From a virus (taxonomy: Duplodnaviria > Caudoviricetes): a DNA stretch of 28,563 nucleotides. Shown in pieces: positions 17,860-26,411 of this stretch (its first letter is position 1; every line of letters starts with the position of its first letter). The stretch spans positions 1-28,563 of IMG/VR virus record IMGVR_UViG_3300030330_002590; one strand, given 5' to 3'. The notes under the pieces were generated by a model. The model saw nothing but the letters and a program-made list of their open reading frames with translations. It was not told the origin of the DNA and ran no database searches. Made by a program: the position numbers and the translations under genes.

Positions 17860-17966
17860 CAGTCGGCCTCCTTAGATGCTTCCTTTTTAGCGGCTTTCTT
17901 CTTAGGTGGGGCCTTAGGAGCCTCCTTGCCTTCAGCTGTGAATTGGTACTTGCTATGCAGTTCCAT
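17859..17966 (-). CDS. 35-aa peptide MELHSKYQFTAEGKEAPKAPPKKKAAKKEASKEAD (absent from ORF track)
   Basis: Hand translation; stop coupled to the next ATG. Confidence 0.65.
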   Translation of the reverse strand: MELHSKYQFTAEGKEAPKAPPKKKAAKKEASKEAD

Positions 17967-17992
17967 AAGAAACCTGCAGGGACAAATACAAT

Positions 17993-18142
17993 CTACGCTT
18001 TCTCGGTCTCGTCAACAAACTTAAATCCGTCCTTCTTGGCGAGCTTCTCGATGTAGTCGAGCTCGCTGCGCTTTGCGCCTTTGACGTGCTGCTCCTTTGG
18101 GTCGCCGACACCGATCGGCTCAATGAATCGTTGATCAGCCAT
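17993..18142 (-). CDS. 49-aa protein, candidate immunity protein for the MuF-ART toxin (absent from ORF track)
   Basis: MADQRFIEPIGVGDPKEQHVKGAKRSELDYIEKLAKKDGFKFVDETEKA; TGATG coupling to the MuF-ART stop; immunity role inferred from position. Confidence 0.6.
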   Translation of the reverse strand: MADQRFIEPIGVGDPKEQHVKGAKRSELDYIEKLAKKDGFKFVDETEKA

Positions 18143-19995
18143 CAGTCGAGTTGCACAAGGAAGATTTCATAGGCAAACAGACGTTCCTTTGTCATCTGGG
18201 CGTTTACCTCCGAGCGTTTAACCATGTCTACTCGATAACGGACATTGGAGGGCATCAAGACCTCACGCTCTCCAGACATCTCAGACAGTTGCGTAATGTC
18301 TGCACCCTTTTTGTTTTTGACGCGGAACGTCAGATGGTTACCGGTGCCAATAGCAAACTCCTCAGCAATGACCCTGTCCTTAGACCAGCTCTCTAAAGCT
18401 CGTACCGACTTGCCCTCGGTTAGTGCCTCGAGGATTTTGTTCATGTCCTCCGTGCTTGCGTTAAGGCCCCGATAAACAACGCCGTCGAACTTAGGAGCTT
18501 TCGCGATATATCCCTCGAGCAGCTCGATGTTTTTGTCGACCTTCTTGCTTCCCTTGTAGAGACGGGTCTGGGCCTTTTCGTAACGAGTCAAAGTAATGCC
18601 ATCAGCCTCAGCCCGACGGAACTGCTCTGCCCTTACAGACCTGAAACCCTCGACAGACCAATCCTCGATCGCCCCTAGCTCTTCCTTGCTCGGTTTTAAG
18701 AAGCTAGAGGCAGCAGGTGTCGGCTTCGGCTTCGGCTTAGGAGCAGGCTTGGGTTTCGGCTTGGGCTTTGGCTTCGGTTTCGGCTTCGCGTTGATCTTCG
18801 ATACCGGCCCGTAGGCCCGCTTCAGATCGTCGATTGTCTTCTCGCTGCCGTCTTCGCGGACAAACCTGCGGATTGCCCCGTCGGGGCCGTATTTCTTCGA
18901 GAGGGCCGTGAAGTACCCAACCTGGCCCTTGTCGCCTAGAACCTCCTTCTGCACTTCTTTCGGCTGCCTCTTAAGCCAGGCCCCGTATGTCTCGCCGTCG
19001 GGGATGTTCTTCTTGCTGTTAGGTCGCCCGATCTCACTGTCCGGTGGCGGGTCGAACCCGAGGCGCTTGTAGTCGATGATCGGTACGGTCGTAGACCGGC
19101 AGTTGAAATGCTGCGGAGGTATCGGCCCCTTGCCGTAGGCGTGCTCTGTCCCGTCGAGAGCCCTGCAGATCGGAGAGGTTCGGCTATCAAGCGTCGAGGT
19201 GTACCGATACTTCGTTGTGATGTCTTGATTGGCCTCGTAGGCTTTCATGCTCGCCGCGTTAGCGACTTGATTGATGCTCGTCCTAACGACCGTTCGGATC
19301 TGGTTGTTCGCCTTTACCGTCGCCGACCCGCCCGCGCGTAAAAGCTGCGAGATCGAACCCGAGTCGCCTTCTTGCAACCTGCCGATAAGCCGTCGCGTGA
19401 TCGAGTCGGTCGACTCCCCGGTCAGGAACCCGTTGCGAACCGCCTGCCCGAACGCTGCGGCCTCACGCTCGGCCATATTCTCGAAAGAGCTCTTCAAGAC
19501 CTGCCCGTTAGGCAGCGTCAAAGTCACGCCGTCGGCAATCGTTACCCGCACGGCCTCGGCTGCGCCGGTAACTGCCGCCTGCAGGTCGTCACTTAAGGAG
19601 ACGATTCCGCGTTGCGTCGGGTCAAAGCTCGCAACGGCCTCCGCAAACCTAGGGCTAATCTCGACTGACTTAACTAAGTCTCGAGCTGACTCAGGCAAGG
19701 CGTCTTTTAGCTGCTCCTCTACAAAACCTGCCTGGACCCCCGCGAGTTCCTCAAGTTCCCCGATCGACAAGGCTGTGCTGTTGCTCGCCCATTGCGTCAA
19801 TCCAGTTTTTAGCTGCCCGAGGATCGCCGTAAGCCTTTGAGCCTTAACAGGAGCCGAAGCAGCGTCGAGCCCAGCAAGACGTTGGCAAGTATCCACAAGC
19901 AGATCGTTATATGACCGAATGATCCGCTTAGCAACGCTGTTGCTATATCGATTGAGGTCGATTGCATTGCGATACAGCTCGGAAGGTGTGCTCAT
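18142..19995 (-). CDS. MuF (SPP1 gp7-like) minor head protein with PK linker and C-terminal ADP-ribosyltransferase domain
   Basis: STLDSRTSPICRALDG...PPQHFNCRS (MuF); (PK)n linker; VYRG...ESWS...EREVL (R-S-E ART triad). Confidence 0.88.
   Translation of the reverse strand: MSTPSELYRNAIDLNRYSNSVAKRIIRSYNDLLVDTCQRLAGLDAASAPVKAQRLTAILGQLKTGLTQWASNSTALSIGELEELAGVQAGFVEEQLKDALPESARDLVKSVEISPRFAEAVASFDPTQRGIVSLSDDLQAAVTGAAEAVRVTIADGVTLTLPNGQVLKSSFENMAEREAAAFGQAVRNGFLTGESTDSITRRLIGRLQEGDSGSISQLLRAGGSATVKANNQIRTVVRTSINQVANAASMKAYEANQDITTKYRYTSTLDSRTSPICRALDGTEHAYGKGPIPPQHFNCRSTTVPIIDYKRLGFDPPPDSEIGRPNSKKNIPDGETYGAWLKRQPKEVQKEVLGDKGQVGYFTALSKKYGPDGAIRRFVREDGSEKTIDDLKRAYGPVSKINAKPKPKPKPKPKPKPAPKPKPKPTPAASSFLKPSKEELGAIEDWSVEGFRSVRAEQFRRAEADGITLTRYEKAQTRLYKGSKKVDKNIELLEGYIAKAPKFDGVVYRGLNASTEDMNKILEALTEGKSVRALESWSKDRVIAEEFAIGTGNHLTFRVKNKKGADITQLSEMSGEREVLMPSNVRYRVDMVKRSEVNAQMTKERLFAYEIFLVQLD
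18719..18786. repeat. Hexamer tandem repeat encoding the (Lys-Pro)n linker
   Basis: About 11 degenerate GGCTTC-type units; translates to KPKPKPKPKPKPKPAPKPKPKPT. Confidence 0.85.
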
Positions 19996-20252
19996 GTCGG
20001 CTCAATCCCTAACTCCTCTGCTGTCGCAATAGAAATCGCCGAAACATCGGCACCGCCCGCTAAAGCAGTGCCAACAATTTCAGTGAACGCTTCAACGACG
20101 TCTTCATCGTATGTGTGGATGTTTTCTTCCCATATACCACAGGGCCGACCATCAAAAAATTCAGTGATCCGGATCACAGCGAAGTATTGGTTTTGCAGCT
20201 CCTCCTGTGAATAGAAAAAAAACTGCTTGCGCGTATTACTCCGCCTGCTCAT
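19992..20252 (-). CDS. Hypothetical protein, 86 aa, between portal and MuF
   Basis: Overlaps the portal end; ATGA coupling to MuF. Confidence 0.65.
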   Translation of the reverse strand: MSRRSNTRKQFFFYSQEELQNQYFAVIRITEFFDGRPCGIWEENIHTYDEDVVEAFTEIVGTALAGGADVSAISIATAEELGIEPT

Positions 20253-21678
20253 CTTCCTCGGGCGCTGCTTCCGGCATTGTGGCCTCTTCTTGCGCCTTCG
20301 GCTCCGGCTGGGGCTGCGTCATCTCGATCAAACCGCCCGTCTGCGTGGCCTCGAGCTCCTCCTCGACGTCAAACTCGTCGCCAAGCACTTCGCCTTCGGC
20401 AAGCTGGTCGAGCAGGGTCTTCTGCGTAATCGAGCCCGCGCTATAGAGCTGCAGCAAGGCTTGAATCTCTTGAGGCTCAAGGCGAGACGCGAGGAAGTCG
20501 CGATTAACGAAGCTGCTCCCTGCGTTCCGCTCCTGCATGTACTCCGCGTGGAAGACAAGGCAGTTATCAATGAGATCCTGCATTTGCTGCGCGATCACCA
20601 TCATCGTCGAGTCGCCTTGGCTGCGATCGATCTTCTTTGCCTCTGCCGTCTCTGCTGATAGCTTCTGCCCGAGAACAGCGGCTAGACCGAGCTCATTAAT
20701 CTGCTGCGCAACCTGATCGAGACGCTTGAACTGCGCCTCGTAGCTTCTACCGCCGGGCTCGATGTATTCCGCCCTGCCGTCAGACGGGAACGCGATCGCC
20801 TCACCTGGCCCTGCGCTGATCTCTTCTGCGGCTTGCGGGAAGCCGTAGAACGCGAGCATCGGAACCGCACTGATGTGCAACTGGTTATCGAGGTCCGACT
20901 GGACTTGGTATTGCTTGAGGTTTAGCTCTGCAATATCAGCGAGCGGCGGCCGCGACTCGAGGAGGCCAAGGCGGTTCGAGTACGCGACGGAGAATGGAAT
21001 CTCTGAAAGGCTCGTCCGGCCCTCGTCCGTTACGACGAACTCGCCGCGTTGATTTTTCTGGTGGATCTCAAAAGCGCCGGGAGTAAGAACACGGACCTGC
21101 TCGACCTCTTTCTCGCCGTACAGACCATCAGGCACCAGGATCTTCTCGACGAGACGCAGCTGCGTTAAACGCTGCATCCCTTGGTCCATCTCGTAGCGCC
21201 ACCCAAGGATGTCCCGTGGGGTGTAGGTAACCCAGTAGGGCCGTCCGTTCTGCCCTGCTGCCGGGGCATCGACAAGGACGCCGACGTGCCCGTAGCGGAT
21301 GCACTTACGAGCCGTTTCGTAAGTCCAGACGTTCAGGTCGTTGCCCTGCAGATCGACGTCGAAGAGCTGCTCTGTAATTACATCGGCGACGTCCGAAAGC
21401 CGCACGGGCTTACGGGTCAGCATCCCAGCGAGCATCCGCTCGAGGCGCGCATAGAACGGCGCAAGCACCGATCGCATCAGCCTGTTGTCGTATGCCTCGT
21501 CGAGCTCGCGCGGCTCCTGTGGCAAGTACGTCCGATGTTTCTTGCGGATCCCGTAAGTGCCAGTCATCAGGGTCTCGATCAAGACCCAGTGCGGCTCCAT
21601 ATTGACCCACGCCGTGTTCGGGTCGTTGACATTCGTCGCCGTGCCTACTCGTTGGCGACCACTAAGACCGGAATACAC
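20236..21678 (-). CDS. Portal protein (DUF4055-like)
   Basis: 480 aa after TerL; YLPQEPRE...YDNRL, DVDLQGNDL, YGHVGVLVD, PPLADIAELN; GAGGAG SD before GTG. Confidence 0.88.
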   Translation of the reverse strand: MYSGLSGRQRVGTATNVNDPNTAWVNMEPHWVLIETLMTGTYGIRKKHRTYLPQEPRELDEAYDNRLMRSVLAPFYARLERMLAGMLTRKPVRLSDVADVITEQLFDVDLQGNDLNVWTYETARKCIRYGHVGVLVDAPAAGQNGRPYWVTYTPRDILGWRYEMDQGMQRLTQLRLVEKILVPDGLYGEKEVEQVRVLTPGAFEIHQKNQRGEFVVTDEGRTSLSEIPFSVAYSNRLGLLESRPPLADIAELNLKQYQVQSDLDNQLHISAVPMLAFYGFPQAAEEISAGPGEAIAFPSDGRAEYIEPGGRSYEAQFKRLDQVAQQINELGLAAVLGQKLSAETAEAKKIDRSQGDSTMMVIAQQMQDLIDNCLVFHAEYMQERNAGSSFVNRDFLASRLEPQEIQALLQLYSAGSITQKTLLDQLAEGEVLGDEFDVEEELEATQTGGLIEMTQPQPEPKAQEEATMPEAAPEEDEQAE

Positions 21679-21705
21679 GGCAACTCCTCGCCTGATCTAA
21701 TTAGT

Positions 21706-23031
21706 TTAGTAAAGGCGGATTCCTGTACCACGTCCAGCGCGTTCGTGGAGAGGATTAAACGCACCGAGGATTAAGTAGCCGAGACCGTCAGTCCAGTGCT
21801 CGATATTCGCCGACTTATCGATCACATAATCCTCAGCACCTTGCTTGTAGGTGACGTTTTTAAGCGCCTTGATTGTGTGCTTACAACGCGGGTGAACGAA
21901 TAAACGCAGGCTGCCTTTAGCCGTTCTGATCATCCAGTTCGTCGCGTTGATCTTGTCCTTAACAGACCAAGGAGCTTTCGGACTGATACAGCTAAACCCG
22001 AAGCGGCGGATGATGTCGTGGTCCGTGCGCCCGGCAGAGGACGTCTTACGAGCCGAGCCAGTTGGGTCGGGGTAGGCAACGATCTGCCGATCCGGGAACC
22101 GCTGCTTGAGCAGAGCGCACACCTCGTCGGTGTTCGACTGTTTGACAGCGAGCTCGTCCCAGATGTGCAGCGTGTCGCCCACCCTGCTCCCGAGAACGCC
22201 CGCCATAATGCTGACGTTGAAGTCGGTGCCCCAGTAGATCGGCCCGCCCGTGTCTTCGACGTCTTCGCTGATGTTCTCGTCGTCGAACCCGGGATAGACC
22301 CGGCCCGAGAGCGTCTCAAAGCTCGCTAGGTATTCTTGCCTAAAGGTGCGTTCGTCGAGAGTGTTCCGCGCTGCCTCGATCTCCTCCGCCGAAACGTTGC
22401 CGCCCTGGATCGTCGTAAACGAGAAGGTGTCCCAGTCCGCTTGCTCCTGGGCCTGCTCCCACAGGTCGTGGAACCAGTTAAGACCTGCCGGGGTGGTGAT
22501 GAACCAGGCAGGGCCGTTTTGGTCTGATAGGGCAGGACGGAGGACCATCTCCCACGCCGTCTGCTTGACGTAGGCGGCCTCATCGATCACAAGCGCCGAA
22601 AGACTTACGCCGCGCAAGCTGTCCTCGTTGTCCGCGCCGCGAAGAGCGATCAGGCTGCCGTTAGCGAACTCGATCGACAGGTCTGACTCGTTCCGCTTGA
22701 CGACGAGCTCCTCGGGGGCCATCGCCTTTAGCTGCCGCCATGCGATCTGCTTCGCCATCCGGTAGTTGGCGGTGACATACCAGCAGAGGCTGCCGGGCTT
22801 TTCCATCGCCCAGCAGATAAGGCGAGTAATGCAGAGGTAGGTCTTGCCGAAGCGACGACCCGAGCACAGCAGCTTGAAACGCTGATCCGCTTCCCATACC
22901 TCGCGCTGCGGACCCGTTAGCCCCTCCGCTAGCTGCTCGACGTAGTTGCTGCAATCGGCCTCGCTAAACGCGACTGCCGACTCGACTGCCGAGAGGATCG
23001 AACCGCCGGGAACCGCCGCAAGGATGCTCAT
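21706..23031 (-). CDS. terL: Terminase large subunit
   Basis: Walker A GRRFGKT, Walker B LVIDEAA, coupling motif ITTP, nuclease GTDFN and EHWTDGLGY. Confidence 0.95.
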   Translation of the reverse strand: MSILAAVPGGSILSAVESAVAFSEADCSNYVEQLAEGLTGPQREVWEADQRFKLLCSGRRFGKTYLCITRLICWAMEKPGSLCWYVTANYRMAKQIAWRQLKAMAPEELVVKRNESDLSIEFANGSLIALRGADNEDSLRGVSLSALVIDEAAYVKQTAWEMVLRPALSDQNGPAWFITTPAGLNWFHDLWEQAQEQADWDTFSFTTIQGGNVSAEEIEAARNTLDERTFRQEYLASFETLSGRVYPGFDDENISEDVEDTGGPIYWGTDFNVSIMAGVLGSRVGDTLHIWDELAVKQSNTDEVCALLKQRFPDRQIVAYPDPTGSARKTSSAGRTDHDIIRRFGFSCISPKAPWSVKDKINATNWMIRTAKGSLRLFVHPRCKHTIKALKNVTYKQGAEDYVIDKSANIEHWTDGLGYLILGAFNPLHERAGRGTGIRLY

Positions 23032-23345
23032 TCAAACAACCGCGCGACCTTCGCGGCCTGGTTTACGCAACCAAGGGCGACGCTGAGGTTTCCGGTCTTC
23101 CGAGCCTCTTTCTGGATGCTCGAGAGCTGGGCAAGGATCTCCGCAGTGAAGCTGCGCCGATCGATCTCCCAGTCGGCACGGATCAACTCTCTCGCCTTCG
23201 CGATGTAGTTGTCCGTCTGCCTATCTGAGACCCCCCACTCATTCGCAGAGTATTGAACGATCTCCGAGCGCACCGCCCCGTTAGCTAAAAGGCGAGCAAC
23301 TCGGTTCACTCGCATATCGACTTCGATCTTCGTTGACTTAGCCAT
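23028..23345 (-). CDS. terS: Putative terminase small subunit (HTH-like)
   Basis: 105 aa; helical WGVSDRQTDNYI motif; ATGA coupling to terL. Confidence 0.65.
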   Translation of the reverse strand: MAKSTKIEVDMRVNRVARLLANGAVRSEIVQYSANEWGVSDRQTDNYIAKARELIRADWEIDRRSFTAEILAQLSSIQKEARKTGNLSVALGCVNQAAKVARLFE

Positions 23346-24004
23346 CAGATTGGTTTCTCGAGGATGTAACCGGCGAAATCACCAAAACGGAACCACTGAT
23401 AGGGGGCGCCGGGGAGTTGTTCCAATGTTATGGGTCTTTGCACTCCAGCAAGAGAGAGTTCTTTCTCAATGATTTCCTTTGCATCAACACCAGCCTCGTA
23501 CTTACCCGCAAGGGTCAGACGAGTCATAACGGTGCCGAAGTAACCATGAGCGGTTTCAAGCTTGTCAAAAATGATGATCGCACCACCAGGGCGGCACTTG
23601 TTCAGCAGATCTAAAACAAAGTCCCTGCGCTTGCTGGGCTCTACAAACATCAGGGTCAGGAACGCGATGCCGAGATCAAAGGGCTCATATTCGTAGGACT
23701 CAGCTGTAGAGCAAACAAAGATGCCTGGGGCGTCGTAGATCTTCCGCATCTCGTCGGAGGGATCGATGCCGACGAGTCGAGCGTCTCGAGCTTTTAGCGT
23801 CGCCTCAAGACTGCGGCCGATGTTTCCAGTTGCGCAGCCGATGTCGTAGACCAGGCCCCCTTTCGGGATGTAATGCCGAGCGATGTGGGTGATTGCTGCG
23901 GTTGCTAAGTCGTACCAGGGGAGCTGCTCACGGACGTGGTTATCAAAGCCTTGGGCAACGTTTTGAGTTTCGAAGGTCCAGCTAGCGGGGATCTCTAATG
24001 TCAT
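23345..24004 (-). CDS. CmoA-like (carboxy-SAM synthase family) class I SAM-binding protein
   Basis: WTF...VAQGFDNHVREQLPWY, VYDIGCATGN, GIDPSDEM, LTLMFV, PGGAIIIFDK match the CmoA motif order; start set at ATG 24004. Confidence 0.8.
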   Translation of the reverse strand: MTLEIPASWTFETQNVAQGFDNHVREQLPWYDLATAAITHIARHYIPKGGLVYDIGCATGNIGRSLEATLKARDARLVGIDPSDEMRKIYDAPGIFVCSTAESYEYEPFDLGIAFLTLMFVEPSKRRDFVLDLLNKCRPGGAIIIFDKLETAHGYFGTVMTRLTLAGKYEAGVDAKEIIEKELSLAGVQRPITLEQLPGAPYQWFRFGDFAGYILEKPI

Positions 24005-25359
24005 CAATCCTTAGGCAGATAACCAAACTGCTTTCGCAGCTCATTGTTGTAAAAGATAGTTGGAGAAGCGATTTGGGCAGCGATTGCTGTACTTACGCCG
24101 CTTGCACCCTGGAAAGTTTCTTTCTGTCGCTTGATTATCCATTTGGGAAGGATCTCTTCTGTTGCCTGCTTAAGAAGCCCTTTTGCTAGCGGGGAGTCTT
24201 TCTTGTCGAGGTTTACAGCCATCTCAACGAGCTGCTGCTCCATGAAGGGCAGACGGCACTCGACCCCTGCTGCCATGAAGGCCTTGTTACAGCGAACGAA
24301 ATTGCCACGCGACATCTTTGCTAGCTGCTGACGACGCAACTCGAGGAGAGGTGCCCCAGACAGCTTTGAGGCTTTGATGCAGAAGTTGCCATACCCACCG
24401 AAGAGCTCATCAGCAGCCTCACCGGATAGGCAGGCCTTAAAGCCTTCTGCTGCGATGCGCTGGGCCAATGGAAGGCAAAGCATCGCAATCTCAATCTGTG
24501 CCTTGCTTGCGATCTCGATCGACTTGATGGCCTGATTTGTGAGATCAGTAGAGATCTCTACTGGCACCTCAATCAGATTCACCCCGAGGTCAGAACAAAG
24601 CCGACGTGCTGCAGCTAAGTCCGTTGAATCCTTGTCGAAGGTCGCAGTGAAGGCGGTTACGTCCTGCGAACGCTGCTTTGCCAAGGCAAGGATGATGCTG
24701 CTGTCTAAGCCGCCTGAAATCAAGCAGCAGACAGGCGCATCTGCCTCCAACCTCTTGTTAACGCCCTGTTCCAGCAGGCCTAACAGGCTCTTCGGTTCAG
24801 CTGGAGCCTGGCGAGGCAGCTTGTAGTAGGCAAACCACTCGCCTGTGTTGAGGTTGAACGCATGACCTGGCGGGACAGCAATGGGTTTTAGAGACCTAGG
24901 GAAGGCCTTTCGCTCTGATGCCCAGAGGTAGCCGGTCTTTGTTTTTGCGATGTAGAGCGGGATTTTGCCGAATGGATCTCGTGCTAGCCAGTGCTGCCCC
25001 TCGCAGCTCCAGGCAAAGGCAAACATCCCATCAAGCTCGTTAAGTCCTTTGATCCCCTTGCGATGTAGGAGATCAGCTAAGGCCTCTGTGTCGCCCTGGG
25101 TTTTGTAGGTAGTAGGGCTTGCCTGTCGGATCTCGCGATGGTTCCAGATCTCCCCGTTGAAGGTCAGAGTCGCGCCCTGGTGATGGAAAGGCTGAGCTGA
25201 TGCATCAGTGAGGTCTACAAGCGATAGGCGTACATGCCCGTGTAGAGCCTCATCGTGTTGAGATAGGCCTCGGCCATCAGGCCCTCGATGCTCAATCCGA
25301 TCCAGCATCGTGGCAACAGTGGCCTCTGTGCCGTTAAAGGCCCCTGCTATGCCGCACAT
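24004..25359 (-). CDS. Asparagine synthetase B-like glutamine amidotransferase / ATP-dependent amide ligase
   Basis: Start moved to MCGIAG (Ntn Cys); HRGPD, FNGEIWN, ARDPFG, SGGLDSS, SGEAADELFGGY, ECRLPF. Confidence 0.9.
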   Translation of the reverse strand: MCGIAGAFNGTEATVATMLDRIEHRGPDGRGLSQHDEALHGHVRLSLVDLTDASAQPFHHQGATLTFNGEIWNHREIRQASPTTYKTQGDTEALADLLHRKGIKGLNELDGMFAFAWSCEGQHWLARDPFGKIPLYIAKTKTGYLWASERKAFPRSLKPIAVPPGHAFNLNTGEWFAYYKLPRQAPAEPKSLLGLLEQGVNKRLEADAPVCCLISGGLDSSIILALAKQRSQDVTAFTATFDKDSTDLAAARRLCSDLGVNLIEVPVEISTDLTNQAIKSIEIASKAQIEIAMLCLPLAQRIAAEGFKACLSGEAADELFGGYGNFCIKASKLSGAPLLELRRQQLAKMSRGNFVRCNKAFMAAGVECRLPFMEQQLVEMAVNLDKKDSPLAKGLLKQATEEILPKWIIKRQKETFQGASGVSTAIAAQIASPTIFYNNELRKQFGYLPKD

Positions 25360-26411
25360 GACAAGATCTTCTCCTCGATAGTTTTCGCGACCTGCTTCAT
25401 CATTAAGGGAGGTACTGCCCGCCCACATCGCTCCCACCGCTGCAGGAACTCACCAGAAAGCACGAAGTCATCAGGGAAGCCACAGAGACGCTTTACTTCT
25501 GGGATCGTTAGCAGCCGAGGTTCAGCCCAGTGGAAATGTTGAGCTGTCGCGGTGATGGTCGGTGCGATCGCCTCAGGATCTAGCTTCGCGAAGTTGAAGA
25601 AGGTGCCCTTGCCTGTCATTGCTTTGCAGGCTTCTGCGAACGTCTTGCCAGGAATCGTTCGTTGCCACAGGGTCTCGGTTTTAGTTTCAGGAGTCAGGAA
25701 TTTGATTTCTTTTTCACCAGGCTCTGAAACACCAGCCAGTCCCTCTCGAGCTGTGTAGTAGTAGGAGAAGGGCGCAGGGTGCACAGGAGGCAGGTTTAGG
25801 TCGTTCCTGACGCCTACAAAGATGGTGCGCTGGCGGGCTTGAGGTACGCCTAACCAACGCCCGTCGAGGATTTTGCAACTGACCTGATAACCACAGGCCC
25901 GCAGCTCAGCAAGGATCCGCTTGAAGTAACCCTTCGCGGTGCCCTTTACCAGTCCGGTGACGTTTTCAGCAACGAAGACCTTGGGCTGAACCCCCTTCAG
26001 GATCCTCGCGTATTCGTAGAAAAGATCGTCAACACGCTGGGCACCGTCGGAATAGTTCTTGACCTTGCCCCATCCCTTCTCGCGAGAGCCAGCGGTTGAG
26101 AAGGCAGAGCAAGGAGGAGAGCCATCAAGGATGTCGAGCTCTCCCTGAACGACACCAGCACGCTGCATGAGCTTTTCAGGAGTCAGATCCCTGATGTCTG
26201 AGCCATCAAGAAAGCTGTTTGGATGGTTGGCTTTATAGGTCCGCTGTGCCTCTGGAATGAACTCGAGGGCATAAACGACCTTGTAACCGGCCATCCGGTA
26301 GCCAAGGCAAGAGCCTCCACATCCTGAGAACGTAGAAGCGACCTTGTAACCGTTCCATGGGAGGGCTTGAACCTCCTGCATGGAGGGGACGTGATAGGCC
26401 GGCTTGGTCAT
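25347..26411 (-). CDS. C5-cytosine DNA methyltransferase-family enzyme, predicted carboxymethyltransferase
   Basis: Motif I FSGCGG, IV GSPPC, VI ENV, VIII PQARQR, IX GFPDDF, atypical motif X GRAVPP; start set at ATG 26411. Confidence 0.9.
   Translation of the reverse strand: MTKPAYHVPSMQEVQALPWNGYKVASTFSGCGGSCLGYRMAGYKVVYALEFIPEAQRTYKANHPNSFLDGSDIRDLTPEKLMQRAGVVQGELDILDGSPPCSAFSTAGSREKGWGKVKNYSDGAQRVDDLFYEYARILKGVQPKVFVAENVTGLVKGTAKGYFKRILAELRACGYQVSCKILDGRWLGVPQARQRTIFVGVRNDLNLPPVHPAPFSYYYTAREGLAGVSEPGEKEIKFLTPETKTETLWQRTIPGKTFAEACKAMTGKGTFFNFAKLDPEAIAPTITATAQHFHWAEPRLLTIPEVKRLCGFPDDFVLSGEFLQRWERCGRAVPPLMMKQVAKTIEEKILSCAA

Noticed and set aside
18719-18786. (KP)n repeat as a phase-variation tract
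   Set aside because: The unit is 6 nt (frame-preserving) and degenerate at third positions, consistent with a protein linker.
23345-24007. CmoA-like gene as a tRNA cmo5U modification gene
   Set aside because: No cmoB or tRNA in the window; the neighbouring MTase with the motif X Arg is the more likely CxSAM consumer.
24004-25437. asnB as a nitrogen-metabolism auxiliary gene, and the 477-aa start
   Set aside because: Ntn chemistry needs Cys at the N-terminus (start 25359), and its position between a DNA MTase and a CmoA-like gene points to DNA modification.
25347-26411. MTase as part of a restriction-modification system
   Set aside because: No endonuclease is adjacent.
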